DNA of 36,002 nucleotides from Perkinsus olseni (Eukaryota): NCBI GenBank assembly GCA_013115125.1, contig JABANN010000352.1, positions 1 to 36,002 of the forward strand, read 5' to 3'. Shown piece by piece: positions 11,777 to 24,900 of this stretch (position 1 is its first letter; each line of letters starts with the position of its first letter). The notes under the pieces were generated by a model. It saw only the letters and a program-made list of their open reading frames with translations, ran no database searches and was not told where the DNA came from. The position numbers and the translations under genes were made by a program.

Positions 11777-14700
11777 TTAGATGAGCCCCTGCTTGAGCAT
11801 ATCTTGGTACCTAGCGAGTATATCACATGAAGAGCATCTTAGGTTGACTCATGCAAGATACGAAATAGGTCGAAGGGACTTACGTTCTCTGATTCATCAC
11901 GTTACCCATGTTATCTTCGCACTCAATATCGGTATCAGGATCGAACCCTTGGATAGCCTGCTCGCGCCTCAGCTTCTCATACAGAGTAATCTAAGAATCT
12001 CAAGCTCACCCTTGCAAGATACAAAACAGGTCAACTTCTAAGCCACTCACCGCATCCTCTATCCTAGTGATGTCGTGGAAGTGCTTAGAATTCGGAATCC
12101 TCAAGCACTTCATTCCATGCGCGTGCCGCCATTCCGTGAAATGCCGCTCGAAAGCCCTTCGGCCCCAGTACGTATAATTACCACAAATTTCGCACCTGAG
12201 GCAACGAACAATGAAAAAAGCGCGCGCCCTGACGATCGATTCTGGAGGTCACCTGAACGGCTTGCCCAAGCCATGGAGTTTGTAGAGCCAGAAAGGAATC
12301 GGCTTTCCGTCCCAGCCGAGAGGTAAGTTGAGGGGATTGTATCTTAGAGAATCCGCGTCGAGTGCACGAGTCAACCTAAGATACTCTTTACAGTGCGCGA
12401 TTGTCGCCATCGTCGGAGTCCTCAGATTCGCTGTCGGAATCTTGCTCCTGAGTGGGAAGAGAGAGACTGACAAATCGCGAGAACAGATAAAAAGGACCAT
12501 ACATGACACAGGCGGAAATTGAACTTGGGTGCATCGGTGGAAAGCCCACGCAAACACCACTAGACTAATTCGCTACGTTAATAGAGCCGGAAGCAAAGGT
12601 CGTCCTCCCAGTGAGGGTTAGCACGTCGAAGCCAGACCTTCTCACACGGGCGCGTTAATCGAACGACGAGAAGTATCTTCTCACCTTCTTATCCCAAACA
12701 TCATCCTTCTCATCCTCGAACGTCTCCCTTCCGCCGTTCTCTTCGTACCATATATCAGTTTCGATCTCATCCAACGTCCTGAAGAGGGCCGAAATTTTAC
12801 CGCGCGCCACGAAATGCTGGTAGCCGAAAGGTCCCCGGATCGATCCCCGCACCTCGCCTGTCTGACCGTCAAGTACTGTACAGTATCATCGATAGTGTCA
12901 GCCAGAGTCTCCTTGTACTTCTGTATGATAACCTAATAAAAACATTATCATCAACAGCGGAGCGAAGCGATTCATCTTTTGCAATTTTCGTGTCACCTCC
13001 AGTCGAGCGAGTTCCATGTCTCTCTTCTCCGAGAGTTTATTCAAAGCCTCGATTTCTTCCGGATGCATTTTAGCCATCCTCGCGGCGGCCTTCTTGAACT
13101 CCTTGCCCCTCTTATGGCCCTGAATAGAAGAATCTTAGCTCGACTCATGCAAGATACGATTAAGGTCAAGTTGCTACCTCCAGAGCTTGTTCATTTGCGA
13201 AGAGTCGATCAGTGGGCGGACAGTAGAGTCGGGAGTTCCGAGTGAATCCAGCACCCCAACCCTGCACGGATTTGGCCTGAAGATGGCACCTCTGAATTTC
13301 GTGGCACGTGACAGAAATATCCGTATAAAAGATACCCCACTTCAATAATAGATCAGCCGATCGATTTGTACTTACCTGCCATCTCTCCTGAAATTCTTCC
13401 TCCGATTCCTTCTCCAGCTTCTCGATATCAAAGATCGGTCGCTGACGTTGAATGAATCCCCTGAGACGGAGAAAGATACGATGAACGGTCGAAGGTATCT
13501 TAGCTTCACCCATGGAAGATACGAAAGAGGTCGGAGCAAAACGACAAAGATATCATAGCTCGAAGCACGATAGATACAAAATAGGTCAACCTTCATCTCA
13601 CCTGAGGTACTTCTGCAAGGCCTTCAAATACTCCAAATAATCCTTCTGTTTATACCTGCCATAATTTTGCTAATTCTCATCTAGCCGACGAAAAAGCGCG
13701 CGCCCGGCCTACTTGAGGTGCCTCGGAATATGATGGAACTGTTCGAACGTCTTCAAATAGGAAATATAATCGATCTCGTTGTAGTCGCCTTCATGAGCCG
13801 CCAAAAATTCTTTTTGCGAAAGAATTTTTTCCTCCGATTTTTTCCCTTTTTCTGCGCGGCTTTCCATTTTCTTTTCATATTTTTCCCACAATGTACTCAG
13901 GAATTGCTTCCGACGGAACCTGAAAGGGGCGAGATTTTGTGTATGTCAAGGGTCAACCTAAGATTCTTCCAGCATATCCTTACTCGCCGTATTTCTTCAA
14001 GTTAACGAACTGGTCATAAAGCTCGTGCATGTCAACGTATCTGCAGAAGAGTATCTTAGCTCGGCGCATGTAAGATACAGAATAGGTTCATTTCAACTGA
14101 GGTTAGTATCTCATCCCATCCTCTGACAAAGCCGGTTAAATGCAAAATCGAGGGAATCTTAGCTCGAGCAAAGAAGATACCGAATAGGTCGACATCAATC
14201 ACAATCTCAGTCCAGCTCCGGACAGAGCAGGCTAACGGAGGCATCTCAGGTCGAACAATGCAAGATACGAATAGGGTTCAATTGAAGTCGTTTGCAAATG
14301 CTTACTTGCCGAAAGATTCCTCGCCACTAAATTTATATTCGCTTCTTTGGTGCGCCAAACTTCCTTTATACCACGACTCTACCGTGGATACCTAAAACTC
14401 CATAATTTAGCTAATCTCCCGGGGAGTCGAAAATTTTCCCTCACCTTTGGCATGGAATTTTTCTCGCTATTTCGAGCGTAGTAATCCTGTGCCTAACAAG
14501 AAAGACGTCACCGGGGATCTAACCCGGGTGATCGGACTACCTCTTTTATTTTGCGGTAAAATGCGGTCCAAATTTCTCCTCCCCGTCCGACCAAGGCCGA
14601 TAGTTCATCCTGAAGATAAACAAAAGTCGGCGGGCGGTGAATCCATACCCTAGGTCATAAAGAACTGCTATCCGCGTTCTTCAATGAACTGTAGGTCCGC

Positions 14701-15720
14701 CGAGCTGCCTCGAGAGAACCTCTGATATCTCTCTCCACTATTATGATTCTACAGTAAGAGCAATCTAAAGATTGCAAAACATGTCAGCGAGTTAACTTCT
14801 ACAATTTTTAGAGTTTGAGGCTGTAATTTTGACAGTGGGTTCGCAGCATATATTGAGCAGGTTCGTAGTGCACGCACCTCAGCCTCGCTCCCTTCAGTTG
14901 TTTCGAGTTTTATTAGTGGTCGAATCGAGTATATGGGCCCGAAATGCAACAAGGTAAAAATCGATCGAATTTTTAGCGCGCGCCCAGATAAAACAATATA
15001 AATATAAACTGCGAACCCACTGTCAAAATTACAGCCTCAAACTCTAAAAATTGTAGAAGTTAACTCACTGGCATGTTCTGCAACCTTTAGATTTTTCGTA
15101 CTGTGTTACGAGTGTATATAATTCACCATCACGAGCAAGTTTCGCAATGAATTGGCCAGCCGTTGCAAATCGAACCCACGACCTAGCGGTGGGCAACCAT
15201 CCTCCTTAACATCTACGCCATTTCTACTACCTCCTTCTGCCCATCTTTGTCTTCGTAAAGCTTCTCGAGCTCCTCCGCCTTCTCGCAACTTTTAGAGACC
15301 AAGTCAGCCAAGGCGTAGTCATAGGCCATCTGAAATATCGAGAGTTTCGCGCGCCACGAAATTGCCGGTCGACTGTTAGTGAGCCGAATCTTCAAGTTCA
15401 TTCTGGCAGAACGCAGACGAAAAGATCCCGGATCCGATATCCGGATCTTCGAGAAACCTCGGGTTTGATTTAGATGATTTTCACGAAATCATCAAGATAT
15501 GTCAAAGAGACAAGAAGATACCAAAAGATACTCTGTGCCGAGTTGCGCAGCCGCAAGGTTATTCGAGATACCAAAAGATATCCCACCCCACTACTACCCT
15601 GGTCGTCTGGTTGGCGCCAGCCTTCATAGACTGGTCGACCAATACCCGCGAGGCCGCCTTCTCGATCGTCTCCAAATCCTCCCAATCCGATCGAATCCTT
15701 TCGACGATGCTGCCACTCAT
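11777..15720 (-). CDS. SF3A3: Splicing factor 3A subunit 3 (SF3a60/Prp9)
   Basis: Exons encode [86 protein letters not shown], zinc finger [35 protein letters not shown], and [25 protein letters not shown]-stop (TAA at 11777-11779). Confidence 0.96.
14752..15103. mobile_element. MITE with 95-bp terminal inverted repeats (CAGT...ACTG, Tc1/mariner-pogo-like ends) in an SF3A3 intron
   Basis: 14752-14846 and 15009-15103 are reverse complements with 7 mismatches. The left flank is TA and the right flank is TG. There is no internal coding capacity. Confidence 0.85.
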
Positions 15721-15732
15721 AGAAAGGTTAAG

Positions 15733-15919
15733 GTTCAACCTAAGATACTCTACTGAGAAGAACATGCTTCGACCTAAGATACTCTACTGAGAAGAACAGG
15801 CTTCAACCTAAGATACTCTACTGAGAAGAACAGGCTTCAACCTAAGATACTCTACTGAGAAGAACATGCTTCGACCTTAGATACTCTACTGAGAGGAACA
15901 TGCTTCGACCTAAGATACT
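15733..15919. repeat. 34-bp minisatellite (~5.5 copies) just upstream of the SF3A3 ATG
   Basis: Unit TTCRACCTAAGATACTCTACTGAGAAGAACAKGC; the core CCTWAGATAC sits at 15739, 15773, 15807, 15841, 15875 and 15909. Confidence 0.92.
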
Positions 15920-15999
15920 TCCCGCCACTACCCCAAACGCTCTCCCGAGGAGAACCAGCTTCAACCTAAGATACTGTAACCAAACAAATTTCCGAAAAA

Positions 16000-18900
16000 T
16001 CAGAACGTTTCTTTCGACTCGGGAAGATCCTCCCCTTCCTCGCTGAGCGTCTGCAAGCCGCCACTATTAAATGAACCCTCATCTCGCCCAACCGGTGACG
16101 CAGTCGGGAAATCATCTTCATCCTCACCGTCCGAAGAATCCAATTCATCTCGGTACCTGACCCAACCTATTTCGTATCTTGCACGCTCGACCTCTGGATT
16201 CTCGAGTATATTCTTGCGCAACTTATTTTGCATATAGCACGCATGAACCTAAGATACCCGACTAGCTTCGCTCCGCCTACGCTTGAAGTTCATTCCTCGC
16301 TGATACATCATCCATGATTCCTGCCAGGACGTCTCCGTCATCGGCCATCTCGCTGCTCGGGAGAGTTCTGTACAGTGCAGGGTCGGGCAGATCAAAAACG
16401 ACGTCCAATAAGCTGGCAACATCCTAAAAAAAGGGTACAACTCAACCTAATTCGTATCTTGCATGCTCGACCTAGAGATGCGGTATCCGAGGTTGAAGCG
16501 TGCTTGATACAGAATAGGTCAAGATACTACCTTATAAAGCTGGCTATTGTTGTTACCGAGGAGTATCACCCTCTGAGACACTTCGTAATGCCTCACCTCC
16601 ACCATATCTTCCCGAAGGCCAAATCGTGGTACGAAACTGAAAGATACGACCGAATCATTCCTGCGTCGCGTATCTTAGGTCGAGCTCCCCATAAGATACC
16701 ATGATGACACAAAGATACTCTTGGCTGCCATTCCGTTACTACCTGTCCTTCCCCTCTTTCCAAATCCTCGATCCGGATCCTCTCCAAGGGTGGAACGAAT
16801 CCTGAAAAAGGCAATATGCATAAACAATGACCTTTACGTGATTTTTAATTTACAATGCTATAAGATAAAAAAGATACTACAGGATAATAAATGGTAAAAA
16901 CTCACAAAGTTTTATTTAACAATATGCTTTTTATTTCTATGCAACGGAAGATTCCTCAAGCAGATCTACAGTGAGATCTTGTCAAGAAAAATTGTTCGCA
17001 CTCCTTGTCGCTTAATATCGATATATTAAAAATAATATCTTCCGCATCCGACCTACTTTGCCTCCAGCAGGCATTAAGTTAAGATACCATATACTATGAA
17101 TTATATCCTCCATATCCGACCTATCTTGTCCAGAGCAAGCATCAAGCTAAGATACCAACCATATTACATTAGTATTATAAGATTTGATATCACCCATATC
17201 CCTCCCCGGCGGAGTCCTCCACACGACGCCCCGACCGTTTCGGTTCCGCGACCAGTTGCAGCCGATAGGATGGCATAAACAGCTTCGCAACGCGCCGAAT
17301 CCCTGAGGCCGGGAAATCGATCGAGCGATCGATTTGGATATCTTACGGCATCGACTATGTCGTCATCCATCAGCGCTTTGTTGAACTTTTCCTTGAATTC
17401 CGAGCATGTACCAGAGAATCTTGGGTTGAAGCATGCAAGATGCAGAAAAGCTCAACTTCATGCCGCACCTCCAAATACACGACTCTCCTTGATGATAATC
17501 GAAATCCGATCCAGTCTTTCCGGTTGGCGGTTTAACCTGAAAGGAATGAAAATCAAAATCGATCAAACTTCGCTCCGCCTGAACTTCTCACTTCCGTCTC
17601 TTCGTCATCAACCTGCTGCTGGCTTCCCTGAGATTTCTGAAGAATATCCAAGGTTGAAGCATGCAGGATACAAAAAAAGTTACCTTCTTCTTCCCCCTAT
17701 TTCTATTCTTCGGAGTCCTCACCGTTATTCCCTCAGTTGAAAGTCCTCGTCTCGACCGATACCTAGATATAAAAAAACTTCGCTCCGCCGAATTTCCAAA
17801 TCGATCAAATTTCGCTCCGCCTTTTTACTGTTGAAATCGCTCCAACACTCCCTTCTGAGCACAAGGAGTCATCTTCTTCCACTGATCCGTCTCCTTCATT
17901 CGGTCGAGACCTGACAAATCGATCAACTGGGCGCGCGCTATCTTTACCAGCCTCCTCACCGATCTCCTCTATGATTTTGAAGTCTGCTTCTTCGTAAGCC
18001 TTCACAAATTTTCCGTTGGGGCTAACAGAAAAAATGGAAAAACTCGAAATAAACGAAAGAAAAATCGCTTCGCTCCGCCCTTACCTTCTTACATCATCCT
18101 TCGTATATTGTCCTCTCCGGCAAGAACCTAGATATCCGAGATATCTTAGGTTGAAGCATGCACGATACAAAACAACTCAACATTACCCTTCGCAATCCAA
18201 TCTGCAATAGTATCAATTTCCATGTCTCTCAAATCATCTTTCGCCAGGGGTCCTGTCACCCAGCTGGCATTCAGGTCGAATAAGTAACGAGGATCTGAGC
18301 GCGTTGAGGAATTACAAGATCTATCAAGACAAGCAAGATTCTATTGATTCGCTCATAGAACTGGATTCAATATGCTACAAAAAAGATTTCCACAGAAAGT
18401 ATCTTCATCGTTCGTCTCCTGCACGCTTCGACCTAAGATACTACCTCCGCCGACTTTCTTCAATGCCATAGCAAATGCCAAGCTTCGATCCATCGACGTC
18501 TTATCGCTCGTGTGAGCCGACGTCCGGTCACCTTGGATATCACGATAATCCTTCGCTGCACTGAAAGAGAATCTTAGGTTGATCCGTGAAAGATACTAAT
18601 TAGGTCGTGTTACTGTAATCGCTCCTTGAAGTCTTGCTCAGCCTTCTCAAATCTGCATCGCTCCGCCTCGCGATACATTTCCAATTCTTTCGGATCCACC
18701 TCTTTACGAACAAATTCAAACTCAATCGTACCTGAAATCAAACGTATCTCATTCACTCGTGTAACGCCAGAGTCGACCTATCAGCGTATCCTATTCACTC
18801 GTGTAACGCCGGCGACCTATCAGCGTATCTTATTCCTTCATGTAACGCCAGAGTCGACCTATCAGCGTATCTTATTCACTCATGTAACGCCAGAGTCGAC

Positions 18901-21900
18901 CTATCAGCGTATCTTATTCACCCATGTAACGCCAGAGTCGACCTAGCAGCGTATCTTATTCATTCATGTAACGCCAGAGTCGACCTATCAGCGTATCTTA
19001 TTCACCCATGTAACGCCAGAGTCGACCTACCAATAGGTAGAGAGAATCGATCCTCAACCCTAGGCTGCTTCCTTCCTTCAGCGTCTTTATGCCAGGACAC
19101 TTTATTACCTATAAAAATGCAACATGCGCGATTCGAACCCGGACAAAAATATTTCAACAAGCCATTATCAAATTCCCAACCTAAACCGTATCTTATACGC
19201 ATCGACCTGAGATACCCTCAACTAGCGTTGCCAAATTAAAAATACCCCTGCCAGGATTCGAACTCGGGACCTACAGAATGGCATCCTCAATCCGTTCTTA
19301 GCACTCGCCGTCGTCTGATCGAATACATTCTCCCAAATATTTTGGTCAAAGAATCTCATCATTCGCTTGAACCTGAGGAAAAAAGGATTCTCAAAAAAAT
19401 TAGTATCATAAAAAATTTCCCGACATCTCCATCGTGTGCATTGATCGACCTCGGATACGTCAAGATATGTCATTAATAACATTGAAACTCACACTACGTT
19501 GTTCTCTGACTCAAACTTATCTTCCGCACGCTTCGACATAAGATACTCTTTCAGGATAACCCGGGTTCGATCCCCGCACATTACATCAATTTAAAATATG
19601 GATCCCTCCTCGTCAAATCTTCAAAATGCTCAATCGAGACGTTCCTGAAAATTCCTAAATCTTGCAATCTTGCTCTCACTTGCATTTCCTCAAGTACTAC
19701 CTCATCGTAGGTGCCATAGTACCGTCAACAATCAGATCCGGCCAGACTAAATGGAACGAACTCTTCCATCGTTCCTTCCCTTTGTTGTAGCCCGACGCAG
19801 AGTAAACGTGACATTTCAACTTGCTCACATCAGGGAAGAAGAGATGAAGGGCTTGCACTCGTCTGACAGTCGAAAGGTCCCGGGTTCGATCCCCAGCGGA
19901 GGCGTTTCTAGCGATAATAACACATTCTATTGAAACGTACTCGCTATTCTATTGACATCCCGAAAAATCATCCTTCAGTTATCAAAATCGAAAAAGAGAA
20001 AATTCCTTACGGATTTTTGCAGGCAACGAGTTTGCGAAAAGTTCGATACCAAGGAGTATCTTAGGTCGAACATGAGCGTATACAGAGGCTGAAGATACGA
20101 GTTGTAAACGAGTCTTTTAACTCTCCAGGACCGAGCGCTCCCCCAAATACCATCCGGACTTGGAAATCTAATCTCACGTATCTTCCTAGCATCAACCTAA
20201 GATACGCATTTCCTACTCTTTCAAAAACATGAGATTCTCATCCAAAATGATGGTATCCAAGTCTCCCGACCCTTCAATGTCATGAAAGGTCCCTTCAAAA
20301 TCAATATCCTCAACGAACGGAAATCTAAAAAAATACATTAAAATACTCTCGCCGGGATTCGAACCCGGGACTTCTTACATGGGTGTCTGTATCTCCGATA
20401 TATAAGTATGAATACCATTTTTGTACAGCCAAGCCTTATTATGGAAGAGCGCCTTTTGGACATCGGGGTCGTCCGGGATTCTCCACTTGCCACTGAAACG
20501 CCTTCAACTGTCGCGATACCAATAATTTCGTGGCGCGCGACAGAATATATAATTTCGTGGCGCGCGACGGAATATATAATTTCGTGGCGCGCGACGGTAA
20601 GTTTAATTTCGTGGCGCGCGACGCAACATGTAATTTGCCTGAAGGCTGGAGACGTCTATATATCGATAAGCATAGATCAACAATGATCAACCAATCACTT
20701 TTGTTCGTTTAATATCTCGACACTGTGAAATGTCAACAAATTTCGTGGCGCGCGACGACGAATTTAATTTTGTGGCGCGCGACGGTATATATAATATCGT
20801 CGCGCGCGACGGTGAATTTAATTTTGTGGCGCGCGACACTTTCTTGCCTACCTGAATGAAAAAGCATCTTTATTTCCCATCAAAGTACTGTGCGTCAAAA
20901 CTTTCTCATTGGTATCATAACGGAACCACCATTCTTGAATCTGCCAGAGAAAAAGAACGAAATTTTCCGCGAAAAATTTCCGAAAATTTTTGCGGGAATT
21001 TCGCAAAACTGAAAGAATCTTTTACCTCTTTGAATTTCTCGAAAGTCTCTCTATCCGCGTTTCTCAGGCTCCGCAACTGAAAAAAATATCTTAGCGGAGC
21101 GAAGCACGAAAAAAACAAATAAAAACCGCTTCGCTCCGCTCACTTGCGGTAGGGCTAATGCTCGAGGATTCAGTTTGGAGTTCCCATACTGCTTCTGTTC
21201 ATCGAACCGTTTGATGTCCTGAAACGGAGAGTATCTTCAGGTCAAGCATGCAAGATACGAAATAGGTTGGAGATATGCTTACCCTCAGGGCGCGCGCGTT
21301 GCCACCGTCATGATCCCCACTTGCACTGCCGTACTTGTCAATGATACTGCGCAAAGTAGCCACTCGATTTTGCAGGCCCACGGCTCGATACCTGAAAGTT
21401 CAGCGGAGCGAAGCGATTCATGTTTGCAATTTTGTGCTTGGCAACGAAAATGAGGTTACACTTCAACTGTCTCGCATGATACGTTCGAGCTCACCCGTGA
21501 TATACATGAGTCGACAAAAGATGCGTCCGAGCTACCTATCACTACACCAAAGTAATAAAAATTTTCAAGCTCTCTATCATATAACAGGATCGACCTAAGA
21601 TACGTTCAAGCCATCTATCATATCACAGGATCGGCCTAAGATACGCTCAAGCCGCCTATCATATCACAGGATCGACCTAAGATACGTTCAAGCTATCTAT
21701 CATATCACAGGATCGACCTAAGATACGCCTACAGTTCATTCGCAATCCTGTCCGCCAATATCGTCATCATGTGGGGATCGGCGGCGCTGTGGAAATCTCT
21801 CCTCGGTAATTTCTGAAAATAATTCAAAAACTCGAAAGTGAAAAAACAAAAAAATTGCCGTAAAATTCAGTCAAGAAAAATTGCAAATAAAATGACACCC

Positions 21901-24900
21901 GTGGGATTCGAACCCGGCATCTCGAGAATTCCCACCCGACTGGTTCTCTCAAGCTTTCGCCTCCAATCCTCTTCTTTCTCTCGTGGATGCTCCTCACTAT
22001 ACCTGACTCATGGCATTATCAAAAGCGCGCGCCCCGATGATCGATTATCCCTTAGGGATGCATGGAATCTTAGGTTGAAGCGAGGCGTATCCAAGAAAGG
22101 TTAACCGCATGACAAGATATTTATCACCTCATGAAATCCTGGTTGACATCGAAGGTAAAGGCTTTGCGGTCATCATCACACTGGGGATAATTTACCCGGA
22201 CTCTGCGACGGTCAATTGCATTCTCGTATGCTCTGAAAGTATCCAATGTCGAAGCATGCAAGATACGAAATAGGTCGGGCAACTGCCTACAAGGTAACTT
22301 CCTCGAGAGCATCCTTCCAACCCTGCCGGCTCAAATCTTCTGCAAATTTACCAGCACACAAGGCCGTGGGAATTTCGCCGTCTAAGAACAACCCCGCATA
22401 TCTTATCAACCTACGATGAGCACGCTCGACCTAAAGATACTCCCTACTTCGCGAGCTCTCCATGCCCTCCATTTCCGCGTTCTCATCCAAAAGCGCATCA
22501 TCTTTCCCCAGACTCGACCTCGGCGCCTGAAAAGTGCACAAGTTGAATGATATCCAAGGTCGAAGCGTGTAAGATACAAAACAGGTCAAGTCGAAGTCCA
22601 TTACAAAAACGATTCCCGACAGCTCCGTTCGTTTATGCAGGGTCTTCGTCTTCGCACTGCAGCTGACAATCCTTCCCATCGGATCAATCTCAATCCTCTC
22701 TCGGCTCCATTTATCTAACAATACAAATCTTGCCCCACTTGCTCACCCTTACTATTCCTCAACGCAGAACTACAGTCAGTTACCAACGCTCATCCGAAAG
22801 ATCCCCGGATCGATCTCTCCACCCGGTACTACTATTTCCGTAAACGTAGTGGGTGGTGGTTGTGGAAGGGGCCAGATGCATCGGCAGTTGAGCTATGCCC
22901 ACTCGCTCCTCTCCTTCGCTGGAGGGCGCTGAGAAATGAACCATCGCAAGTGCCCGGGTTCTATCCCGGCACGTGTCATTTTCTATACCATAGTAAGTTG
23001 CGAGTATCCAAGGTCGAAGCATGCAAGATACAAAATAACTCACCTTCCGGACTTCCTCCCTTCCCAGAATGAGCTTCAACATACGTGCAACTCCCCTGTA
23101 ACATCACCAGCCCTCCACACATGGACACCCGCACACCGCCAGCGGTATCTAGCGGGTAATCCAAAGGTCCCCGGATCGAATCCCAGCCACTCCATTTCTA
23201 CCCTCGATTTCCGCACTACTTGCGGACGTTTCAAGGTCACCAATATCTGCTCTGACGGCCGTCGAAATTGATATCCCACCGGGGGAATCTTCGCCCCCAA
23301 GGTACCACTCATCGTCATCATCAGCTGAATCTTCATCGCACTCGGAAGATTCTCCTAAGGTTGAAGCTTGCAAGATACCAATGGGGTCAAGTTGAACTCG
23401 AATGCATGAGATGGATTTTGAAAACCACACGGGCAGCCTGGAGCGAAGAAACCTTCACAACAGAATCTTCCGCTCGAGGTCGACCCATGCAAGATACAAA
23501 ATAGCTCAACATCAGCAAAGATATCTCACCTTTCACATCCTTATCCTTAATGAAGTTCTTCAGTCCCGCAGACAACTAAAAAAGCAGCACTCCCACCGTG
23601 CGGAAGGTCCCCGGTTCGATTCCCCCCTCCTCCATTTTTATTACATGCTGGAATCCCTCGTACAGGTCCACCCTCTCGCCTTCCTCCACGAAAAACCGCA
23701 CCGTGTTCAAAGATATGTGCCCTCGCTTCAGTAAGGTTATAGTCGTCGTCTTCTTCGGACTGAAAATATCCTAACTCCAACCATGCAAGATACGGAAATG
23801 GTTGGGTAGTATATCGTATGCGCGAATGAGAGAGAATCTTGCCAATCTTCAATCCCGCTAATTATCGTTCAGTTCACTGATATATATAAGATGCATCCAA
23901 GGTTGAACCATGCAAGATACGAATAAATAAGATACGCTATCAATTATTACTCGGATGATTGCTTCTTAGCCTGGGAATAGACACCGGCATTAATAGTGAT
24001 GATACCGTCCGACCAAACCGTACCTGATTAACCTCAAGATACCATGCACGCTCAACCTAAAGATACCGACCCCCCTCAACCTAAAGATACCAACCCCCCT
24101 CAACCTAAAGATACTCACATTCGCTAACCATTCCGCCATGCGTAACCGGTAGCTTCACCGCAGTCGCAGGACGGCACCCCTCCGGTAGCCTCCCTCGAAC
24201 GATCGACTCTTGCCGCTCATCATAGTCAAAGATCGTTCCTGAGAAAAAAAATTTCCATATCAAGCCCCCCCCCCCAAATTCGTACGACCGGAATAATTTC
24301 GTGGCGCGCGAAATCTTCTGCGGAAAAATTCCATTTATCATCCCAAATTTCATCCTAGTCGAAATAAATTCATACAGACCTCCCTCGGAAAAAATATAAA
24401 ATTACACCCCGCAGGGATCGAACCCGGGACCTCCCCATTACCGCTCAGCATCACCCACGACCCAACTTTGCAGTAGCAAATCGGCCAGTCGGTCGGTTGA
24501 GTTTTCAACAGCCTTCCAGCCAGCTGAGGGCCGACATCATCATCGCTCAACGCCGGCAAGGGAACGTATCTAAAAATATCTTTGCGCATGCGTGCAAAAA
24601 CCCATACCGCCCCTTCCCCAACTCACGGATCTCCTCCGTCATTCGGGATGACCCAGGCTGAATTATCCAAATACATTCTCATCGGCTTAACTTCGTTCTT
24701 TGGCACCACCACGTTGATCTTTCCGTCTTTCCAGACACGTAAAACTGACCAAAAAATTCGTCAAAAATTGTGAAAAAATTCCGGGAAAATAAAATACTTA
24801 AGAAAATGCTCTTCTCAGAGCTCTCGTCCATATTCTGCTCAGTCTCGGAAAGACTGATTATTGCGGGAGTTTTTTACCAAATTTTCTGCAATTATTTTCC

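Noticed and set aside
11930-11955. B-box-like GGGTTCGATCC on the minus strand
   Set aside because: It lies within an SF3A3 exon (QGFDPD) and lacks the upstream AGGTCC part, so it was not counted as a tRNA fragment.
15733-19030. The 34-bp and 42-bp arrays as CRISPR arrays
   Set aside because: Units are contiguous with no unique spacers, there are no cas genes, and the context is eukaryotic; these are minisatellites.
18626-20712. Repetitive ORFs (YQRILFTHVTPEST repeats; ISWRAT/NFVAR repeats)
   Set aside because: These are translations of intronic minisatellites on the strand opposite the AEP gene.
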